DNA from: an uncultured delta proteobacterium
GTDB taxonomy: Bacteria; Myxococcota_A; Polyangia; Polyangiales; Polyangiaceae
Direction: 5' to 3'
Length of the DNA: 64,000 bases
Assembly (NCBI GenBank): GCA_963716725.1
Contig: CAVQUB010000008.1
Location: 160,001 to 224,000 of the forward strand
Part shown: piece after piece, positions 57,290 to 64,000 of the stretch
Position numbering within the stretch: the stretch's first letter is position 1
Layout: every line of letters begins with the position of its first letter
Position numbers and translations under genes: made by a program
The notes under the pieces: model-generated
The model's input: only the letters and a program-made list of their open reading frames with translations
Database searches by the model: none
Told to the model about the DNA's origin: nothing

Positions 57290-58810
57290 TCAGCGGGGTC
57301 CGCGGCGGAAGCTGCGCGGGCGCCTGCGTGCACCGGTCGGGGAGGCTTGGGAGGTCTGCTGGCCGTGGCCTTGGGAGGTCTGCTGGCCGTGGCCTTGGGA
57401 GGTCTGCTGGCCGTGGCCTTGGGAGGTCTGCTGGCCGTGGCCTTGGGAGGTCTGCTGACCGTGGCCTTGGGAGGTCTGCTGGCCGTGGCCCTGCGAGCTT
57501 CGCTGACCGTGGCCTTGCGAGCTTCGCTGACCGTAGCCCTGCGAGCTTCGCTGACCGTAGCCTTGCGAGGTCTGCGGATTGCGTGGCGGCGCGGCGTGCG
57601 CGTGCTGTTCGACGCGCGGAGCCTCCGGCAGCAGCGCCGCGTCCGCGACCGGGACCCTGCGCTTGATGAGGTGCTCGATGTCGCGCAAGAATGCGCGCTC
57701 TTCGCCGTCGCAGAACGACACTGCGGTGCCTGTGGCGCCAGCGCGGCCGGTGCGACCGATGCGGTGCACGTAGCTCTCGGGGATGTTGGGCAGGTCGAAG
57801 TTCACGACGTGCGAGATGCCGTCGATGTCGATGCCACGGGCGGCGATGTCGGTGGCGACCAGGACCGGGATGCGACCTGCGCGGAAGTCCTCGAGGGCGC
57901 GTTCGCGAGCGCTCTGGCTCTTGTTGCCGTGGATGGCTGCAGCGCGAACGCCAGACCGGGTCAGCTGCTCGGCGACCCGATTGGCCCCGTGCTTGGTGCG
58001 CGTGAAGACCAACGTGCGCTCCACGCCCTCGGCGCGCAGCACGCGTTCGAGCAGCACGCGCTTGTCGGCGCGACCCACGAAATAGACCGATTGCGTGACG
58101 AGCTCTGTCGTCGAAGCCACCGGCGTCACCGCGACGCGTGCCGGATTCGTCAAGATGCTCTGGGCGAGGTCGTCGATGTCCCGGGGCATGGTGGCGGAGA
58201 ACAACAAGGTCTGCCGCTTCTTCGGCAGCTCGCGGATCACGCGGCGCACGTCGTGGATGAAGCCCATGTCGAGCATGCGATCAGCCTCGTCGAGCACGAA
58301 CACCTCGAGGGCGTCGAGCTTGACGAAACCCTGCGACATCAGGTCGAGCAAGCGTCCCGGCGTCGCGATCACGATCTCGGGACCGCGCGCTAGCGCTTGC
58401 TCTTGCGGTCGCTGGCCCACGCCGCCGAAGATGACGGTGTGACGAACGCCGAGGTGCTCGCCGTAGCACCCGGTGCGCTCGCCGATCTGCGCGGCGAGTT
58501 CGCGGGTTGGCGTCAGGATCAGGGCGCGGATCTTCTTGTGCGCGGCGCGAGTAGAGAGCCGCTGGAGGATGGGCAGCACGAAGGCGGCGGTCTTGCCGGT
58601 GCCGGTCTGCGCGCAGCCGAGCAGGTCGCGCCCGTCCAGGAGCGGCGGGATGGACTGGGTCTGGATCGGGGTCGGGGTCTCGTAGCCTTCGTTCACCACG
58701 GCGCGGACCAAGGGGGCCATCAAGCCGAGGTCGGCGAAGGGGGAGGCGGGAGTCGACGGAGCCGTGCGGGCGGGCGCTGGCCCGAGCCGCTCAGGGCTGA
58801 AGGAATTCAT
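57290..58810 (-). CDS. rhlE: DEAD-box RNA helicase (RhlE-like) with repeat tail
   Basis: [31 protein letters not shown] and HRIGRTGR motifs. Confidence 0.92.
   Translation of the reverse strand: MNSFSPERLGPAPARTAPSTPASPFADLGLMAPLVRAVVNEGYETPTPIQTQSIPPLLDGRDLLGCAQTGTGKTAAFVLPILQRLSTRAAHKKIRALILTPTRELAAQIGERTGCYGEHLGVRHTVIFGGVGQRPQEQALARGPEIVIATPGRLLDLMSQGFVKLDALEVFVLDEADRMLDMGFIHDVRRVIRELPKKRQTLLFSATMPRDIDDLAQSILTNPARVAVTPVASTTELVTQSVYFVGRADKRVLLERVLRAEGVERTLVFTRTKHGANRVAEQLTRSGVRAAAIHGNKSQSARERALEDFRAGRIPVLVATDIAARGIDIDGISHVVNFDLPNIPESYVHRIGRTGRAGATGTAVSFCDGEERAFLRDIEHLIKRRVPVADAALLPEAPRVEQHAHAAPPRNPQTSQGYGQRSSQGYGQRSSQGHGQRSSQGHGQQTSQGHGQQTSQGHGQQTSQGHGQQTSQGHGQQTSQGHGQQTSQASPTGARRRPRSFRRGPR
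57346..57575 (-). repeat. 24-bp tandem repeat (~9.5 units) encoding SQG[H/Y]GQ[Q/R][T/S]
   Basis: ggccgtggccttgggaggtctgct units directly visible. Confidence 0.95.
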
Positions 58811-58988
58811 CTAGAAAAAAACACACTTTCTGGCGGCGAATTTGCCGCGTTCGTCACGGTTTCGGAGCGTCGGGCTTGCCCAGACACCAGAGCCGGTTAG
58901 GGCCACACGATTCGTGAGCGCGAGCATGAGTAGCGCGGATCCCGGGGTGTGGCAAGCCAGCCCCCCGCTCCATGGTACCTTGGTCCTG

Positions 58989-60184
58989 GTGCGCCCAGCT
59001 CGTTTCGCCGCCGTTTTGGTCTGCGCCGCGATCGCGGGTGGCTCGGGCTGCAGCGAGCCCGCGCTCGAGGCGGACGAGTCGGCCGTGGTCTGCCCAGTCG
59101 ACGACCCGGACTGCGATCGCATCGACGAACCCTGCGTGATGGATGAAACGCCAGCGGCGGATCTGGAGCCGGGCTCGTCGCCGATGGGTCTTGGCGGGCC
59201 GCTGACGGGCGGCGGCAAGCACCAGATCTGGCCCAAGGGGCGCGTGCCCTACAAGGTCGGTTCGACCGTCAACAGCACGACCAAGAGCCGGCTTCTGTCG
59301 GCGATGAAAGAGTGGGAGACCAAGACCAAGAGCGTCGTGCGCTTCGAGGCGGCGACCAGCGCGGACAAGGCCCACGTGCTCGTCAGCGAGGGGAGCCCCC
59401 GCGTCGCCTTCGTGGGCTATCGCGCGGGCACGGTCTCGAACCTGTACTTACGCGATTCGGAGTACCTGACCGTGACGCGACACGAACTCGGGCACGTGCT
59501 GGGCCTCGAACACGAACACCGGCGCAAGGACCGCGCGAACCAGATTCAGGTCATTTCGAGCAACATCGTGAACACGTCGCTGTGCAAGTATCAATTTGCG
59601 CTCTGCACGGACTGCGCGCTGCTCGACAAGTACACGGTCAAGTCCGTGATGCACTACCGCTCGACGCGCGATCTCACGAGCTGCCGCGTCGGTGGCAAGG
59701 CGGTGCTCCTGACCAAGTCCGGAGCGCTGATCAACCACGAATGGCTGATCGCCACGGGCGACATCGAATCCATCTACGAGCTCTACGGCTCACCCGTCAC
59801 CGGCAGCGGTGGCAGCGGTGGCACCGGCGGCAGCAAGGACGCCGGCCTCACGGGTGGCACGGGTGGCACAGCGGACGCTGGGCGAGCGACGCGGCACCGG
59901 AAGGCAGCGCGTCGGGCGGCACTGCAGGAGTGGCCGGAGCCGCGGGTGCGGGAGCAGGCGCGGGCGATGACGGCATCGACGAACCTAGTTGGGCGGGCGC
60001 ATCTGCTTTGGATGGCGCGGCTGGCAGCGGGGCCGGCGGCGGTCAGAGCACCAGGCTCGTCGCCAACGACGAGGGCGGTTGCAGTTGTCGCGCGGTTCCC
60101 GAGCGATCTTCAGGTGGGTGGTGGTTGCTGGTACTGGGCGCAGCGATCGGGCTCTTGCGATCCGAGCGGCGCCGCCGCTGCTGA
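58989..60184 (+). CDS. Astacin-family (M12A) zinc metalloprotease lipoprotein with MYXO-CTERM (frameshift near 59881)
   Basis: WPKGRVPY, HELGHVLGLEHEH.R.DR, SVMHY Met-turn; GGCSCR-TM-RRRR in the next frame. Confidence 0.88.
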
Positions 60185-60185
60185 C

Positions 60186-61180
60186 TCACTCCGGCAGCGT
60201 GCCATCGACCTTGGGCACCGCCGCGTTCATGCGCTCGGCGAAGACCTCGGCGGGCTGAGCCACCGACAGATCGAGCTCGAAGTCCGGGCGCTCGGCGGGC
60301 GACAGCTTGATCACCAGCTCGTCGAGCTCGCGCCTGGACAGACCCAGGGCCTCGAGCGCGGGTCGTTCGAGCTTTTCGGCCTGGCCCGAGAGTCCGTCGG
60401 CGCTGGCGCTGACCAGCCTGCGCAGCGCGTCGAGCTCCATGCGGCTCATGCGCGTGCCGCACACGTCGTAGTCGATCCACGCCTCGTAGGAGTGGGGCGC
60501 GAGCTTCTTGAGCATGCCCGCCATCACGCGGCCGTACTCTTGAATTTCCCACTGCGCGTGGCTGTCGACGCGCAGCTTGAGGAAGTGTTGCAGGTTGTGC
60601 AGATCGATCTTCCAGTACCACTGGGTATAGGTCGAGAGCGGCAGGTCGATGCGCGCGAGCTCCCGCGCCATCTCTTGGTTGGTCATCCACTCGTAGGTCG
60701 CCTGCGAGAGGCTGCCGGATCTCGTTCCAGCGCGCGATGGCTTCGGCGTATTTGCTCGGCGGGCACGCTCTGGCCGCTGCGCCCCTGGTTGTTCTGCACG
60801 CTCTGCGTCTGAAGCTGCTCTTCGCTGGGCGTGTAGAACAGCATCGGCATCAGGGAATACCGCCCGCTGTATTCGTTCACGCTCGCCGTCCGGTGACGGA
60901 TCCACTGCCGCGCCACGAACATCGGCATGCAGCAGTGGAACTTCAGCTCGACCATCTCGGTCGGCGTGGTGTGCAAGTGACGCCGCAGGTAACGCAAGAG
61001 ACCTCGGGTGAGCTGGGCCTTGCGCGTGCCGTAGCCGTAGCTCACGCGCGCCGCGCGCTCGATGCACTCGTCGGTGCCCATGTAATCGACGAGGGACACG
61101 AAGCCGTGATCGAGCACCGGGAAGTAGAGCCCGAGGATCTCTTCGGCGCCGGGGGAGGTGGGGCGACGGGTGTCAGTCAT
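60186..61180 (-). CDS. thyX: FAD-dependent thymidylate synthase (two apparent +1 indels near 60752 and 60710)
   Basis: AARVSY, HTTPTE, RHRTASVNEYSGRY, ARELAR and LR...HAQWEI motifs. Confidence 0.93.
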
Positions 61181-62178
61181 GCGATGAGCTCGGCGATCTG
61201 TACGGCGTTGAGCGCGGCGCCTTTGCGCAGGTTGTCCGCGACCACCCACAGGTTGAGCGCGCCGGGGACCGCCAGGTCGTCGCGGATGCGCCCGACATAC
61301 ACCGGATCGGTGTTCGCGGCCTGAATCGGCTGTGGCTCTTTGCCCGGCGCGTACTCACCGTCGTCGACCAGCACCACGCCGGGGGCGTTGGCGAGCAGCT
61401 CGCGGGCGCGGGCGGCGCTGAGTGGCTTCTTGAAGCGCACGTGCACGCTCTCGGCGTGACCGGTGACGACCGGGACGCGCACGCAGGTGGGAGTCACGCC
61501 GATCTCGGCGTCGCCCATGATCTTGCGGGTCTCGTGGACCAGCTTCAGCTCTTCTTCGCTGTAGCCGTCCTTGCCGCCCTTCCAGTCCGACAGCACGTTC
61601 ATGGCCATCTGTCCGGGGAACACCTGGTGCTCGGGTCGCTTGCCCGCGACCACGGCCGCCAGCTGAGCCCGGAGCTCCTCGACGGCCGCCTGGCCCTTGC
61701 CGCTGGTGGCTTGATAGGTGCTGACCACGATGTGCTCGACGTGCGCCTCGTCGTGAAGTGGCTTGAGCGCCACGACCAGCTGGATGGTGCTGCAGTTCGG
61801 GTTGGCGATGATGCCCTTCCGGCGGTGCAGGACCGCCTGAGGGTTCACCTCGGGCACGACCAGCGGGACCTCGTCGTCCATGCGCCACGCGCTCGAGTTG
61901 TCGATCACGACGGCGCCCGCTGCGGCGGCGATGGGGCCGTACTCGCGGGAGACCGACGCGCCGGCGCTGAACAGCGCGATGTTCACGCCTTCGAAGGACT
62001 CGGGTCCGAGCTCCTCGACCACCAGCTCTGCGCCGCGGAAGGGCAGCTTCTTGCCGGCCGACTTGCCCGACGCGAGCGCCACCACGCGGTCCGCCGGAAA
62101 CTCTCGCCGCTCCAAAGTTCGGAGCATCTCGCGACCGACTGCGCCCGTCGCACCGACTACTGCCACTACCATACTCAT
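61177..62178 (-). CDS. asd: Aspartate-semialdehyde dehydrogenase
   Basis: GATGAVG, DNSSAWR, NPNCST, STYQ, CVRVPV..GH and DNLRKGAALNAVQIAE motifs. Confidence 0.96.
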   Translation of the reverse strand: MSMVVAVVGATGAVGREMLRTLERREFPADRVVALASGKSAGKKLPFRGAELVVEELGPESFEGVNIALFSAGASVSREYGPIAAAAGAVVIDNSSAWRMDDEVPLVVPEVNPQAVLHRRKGIIANPNCSTIQLVVALKPLHDEAHVEHIVVSTYQATSGKGQAAVEELRAQLAAVVAGKRPEHQVFPGQMAMNVLSDWKGGKDGYSEEELKLVHETRKIMGDAEIGVTPTCVRVPVVTGHAESVHVRFKKPLSAARARELLANAPGVVLVDDGEYAPGKEPQPIQAANTDPVYVGRIRDDLAVPGALNLWVVADNLRKGAALNAVQIAELIA

Positions 62179-62325
62179 CTTCGTTTCTCCGCGAGCGCGT
62201 GCCGTGAGGCGCCGGCCGTGGTGGTCGGTGCTGTCCGGCGGCGGGCGCCGCGCCGGAAAGGTAGCGCAGCGCGCCGCCAACCGCGAGCGCGCGAATCGCT
62301 TCCGATCTGCTACGCTCGGGCCGCG

Positions 62326-64000
62326 ATGTTCGCCCTCCGCCGCGCCCCGCTCTCAGCGTTTTTTGCGCTCTTGGCGGCGGCCTGCGCCCACTCAGGTAGC
62401 GCCGGCTCCGACGCTGCGGCGGGCAGGGGTTCTGTCGCACCGCCCCTCGGGGTCGTGACCCCGGCTCGCATCGTGGCGCTGCCAGACGCCTCGGCGTCCC
62501 TCGTCGAACACGATCCCGACGGTTCGACCCGGTTCATTTCCCGCGGCATGCGCGTGCTCGCTCAGCCGGATGGTTCCGTCGAGCGCAGTCGCCAGACCTT
62601 TCCCACTGGCAAGACCGTGAAGGCACTGCGGCTGCCCTCGAGACTCGGGGGCGGATTCCTGTTCTACGCGACCGGTGCGAGCTCGACGCACCTCTGGAAG
62701 TCGAGCAGCTGGACCGACACGCTCACACCATTCGCGAACGTGGACTTCGACGTCGAGCGCATCATCGACGGCTTCAACCGAATCTACTTGCAGGACCAGC
62801 GCTCGTTCGACGTTGTCGCGCTCGATCCGGAGAGCGGCGAGCCCTTGGACCTGGGCCCGCTTCCGCCATCGCCCGCGTACTCCAGCATGGCCTTCGCCGA
62901 TGCCTGGATGGCCGTGGTCGAGGTTCCCTTTCGCGGCGTGCTCGCCACCTTCGACGCGGGCGCCAGCTGGCGGCCCCTGGGCCTGTCACACAGCTACGGC
63001 GTTCACCTGGACCGCGGCGAGATAGCCATCAACACGGCCCAGGGGCGCTTCGTCCTCGACCCTTCGGGGCATCTGCGGCAGCGCGCGCAGAACAACGACG
63101 ACGACGCGACCTTCGTGGGTGCGGGTCGCCGCGGGCCGACCGCTGCGGGGACGGCCATCACACCCCCGGAACCGCCGCCCCCGCCCCCGGTGGGGCCCTT
63201 GGGCAAGCTGCCGCTGCGCGAGGCCATCCTGCACGGCATGCCGGACGGGCCGGGCTCGGCGGTGGTGGCGAAGGACGGCGTGCTCGCCCGCGTGCGGCTG
63301 AGCGACGGCAAGATCTTGGACCTGGACGAGCACGCGTTTCCGGCGGGCGCTCGCTGTCACGGTGTGCCACTGGGCGACGGCTTCGGCTTCGTATGCGGGC
63401 AAGAGCGCGGCGGCACGGTGGTCTACGCGTACAAGAAGCCGCTCGCCCTCGACCCCGTCATGCGTTTCGTCGAACCGCGCTTCGTCGCGCCAGCCGGCAA
63501 CGGCGCGCTGGTCGTGCGTGGACCGTGCAAAGGCAGGCAGGCGGAGGCCATCGGCGCCTACTGCATTCGCGCGCGCGACGGTCGGCAATCCGAGATGCGA
63601 GTGCGCGGTGATCTCGGGGTCGAGCGCCTGGTCGCGCTCTCGGACGGCGGGACCGCGGTGCTGGTTCCGCCACGGCTGGGCGCACCCGGAACGCTGACGA
63701 TCATCGCCGCCGACGGCGGCGCGAGGACCGTCAAGCTCAAGTTGCCCAAAGACGACGCGCAGACGGCGGCCCTGCTGAAGAAGGGGCTGTGGCTCGAGGG
63801 CTTCATCGAGCGAGATGCCGCCGGAGCGGACGACGTCCCCGAGAAGAAGGCCACGAAGAAGGGCGCGCCCGCGCCCAAGCGCGCTCCGAAATCCACCAAG
63901 CCCACCTGGAAGAAGCAGCTGGCCGGGTGGGTCGTGGCGGCGGGGCCCTTCGTCGGTGTGCGCCTCGATCTCGACGGCACCGTTCATGTCGGTCGCATCG
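62326..64000 (+). CDS. Large hypothetical lipoprotein (runs off the window)
   Basis: ATG 62326 MFALRRAPLSAFFALLAAAC lipobox; BNR-like TFDAGASW; frame appears open to the window end. Confidence 0.75.
   Translation, partial: MFALRRAPLSAFFALLAAACAHSGSAGSDAAAGRGSVAPPLGVVTPARIVALPDASASLVEHDPDGSTRFISRGMRVLAQPDGSVERSRQTFPTGKTVKALRLPSRLGGGFLFYATGASSTHLWKSSSWTDTLTPFANVDFDVERIIDGFNRIYLQDQRSFDVVALDPESGEPLDLGPLPPSPAYSSMAFADAWMAVVEVPFRGVLATFDAGASWRPLGLSHSYGVHLDRGEIAINTAQGRFVLDPSGHLRQRAQNNDDDATFVGAGRRGPTAAGTAITPPEPPPPPPVGPLGKLPLREAILHGMPDGPGSAVVAKDGVLARVRLSDGKILDLDEHAFPAGARCHGVPLGDGFGFVCGQERGGTVVYAYKKPLALDPVMRFVEPRFVAPAGNGALVVRGPCKGRQAEAIGAYCIRARDGRQSEMRVRGDLGVERLVALSDGGTAVLVPPRLGAPGTLTIIAADGGARTVKLKLPKDDAQTAALLKKGLWLEGFIERDAAGADDVPEKKATKKGAPAPKRAPKSTKPTWKKQLAGWVVAAGPFVGVRLDLDGTVHVGRI

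Noticed and set aside
57346..57575. 24-bp repeats as a CRISPR array
   Set aside because: Repeats are contiguous with no unique spacers, lie in frame within the helicase, and no cas genes are present
58811..58970. Structured RNA in the helicase leader
   Set aside because: An AT-rich patch and short hairpins are present but no recognisable family; needs an Rfam search
60683..60760. Programmed frameshifting or an intein in thyX
   Set aside because: Two isolated extra bases with no slippery heptamer or insertion; similar indels are scattered through the window
62180..62325. Lysine or SAM riboswitch upstream of asd
   Set aside because: Only a GC hairpin is visible; the leader is too short and lacks conserved riboswitch motifs

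Overview
High-GC bacterial DNA, almost certainly Myxococcota (Polyangiaceae-like). Support: two MYXO-CTERM proteins, many Gly/Cys-rich lipoproteins, a VWA lipoprotein and a Hanks-type kinase. About 55 densely packed CDS; no rRNA, tRNA, CRISPR array or intact mobile element recognised. Housekeeping genes: pip, an aldehyde dehydrogenase, copZ-csoR-copA, tsaE, mlaE, nadA, fabF, an RhlE-like helicase, thyX and asd. Most unusual: (1) an sdhC-sdhA-sdhB-like operon that keeps every heme and Fe-S ligand while its flavoprotein has lost the FAD-linking His, the cap domain and most dicarboxylate-binding residues; (2) a NuoM-like antiporter subunit lacking the proton-pumping charged residues and fused to an exported N-terminal domain; (3) a stand-alone FAAL / extended SDR / ACP / acyl-ACP dehydrogenase operon with a divergent FabF and no NRPS/PKS; (4) a 48-aa ten-Cys module repeated three times in two GGF-repeat lipoproteins; (5) a His/Tyr-Gln-Gly-Ser octapeptide repeat tail on the DEAD-box helicase. 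Five genes, including thyX, carry single-base frameshifts that most likely reflect assembly indel errors. Functional calls come from motif recognition by eye; no database searches were run.
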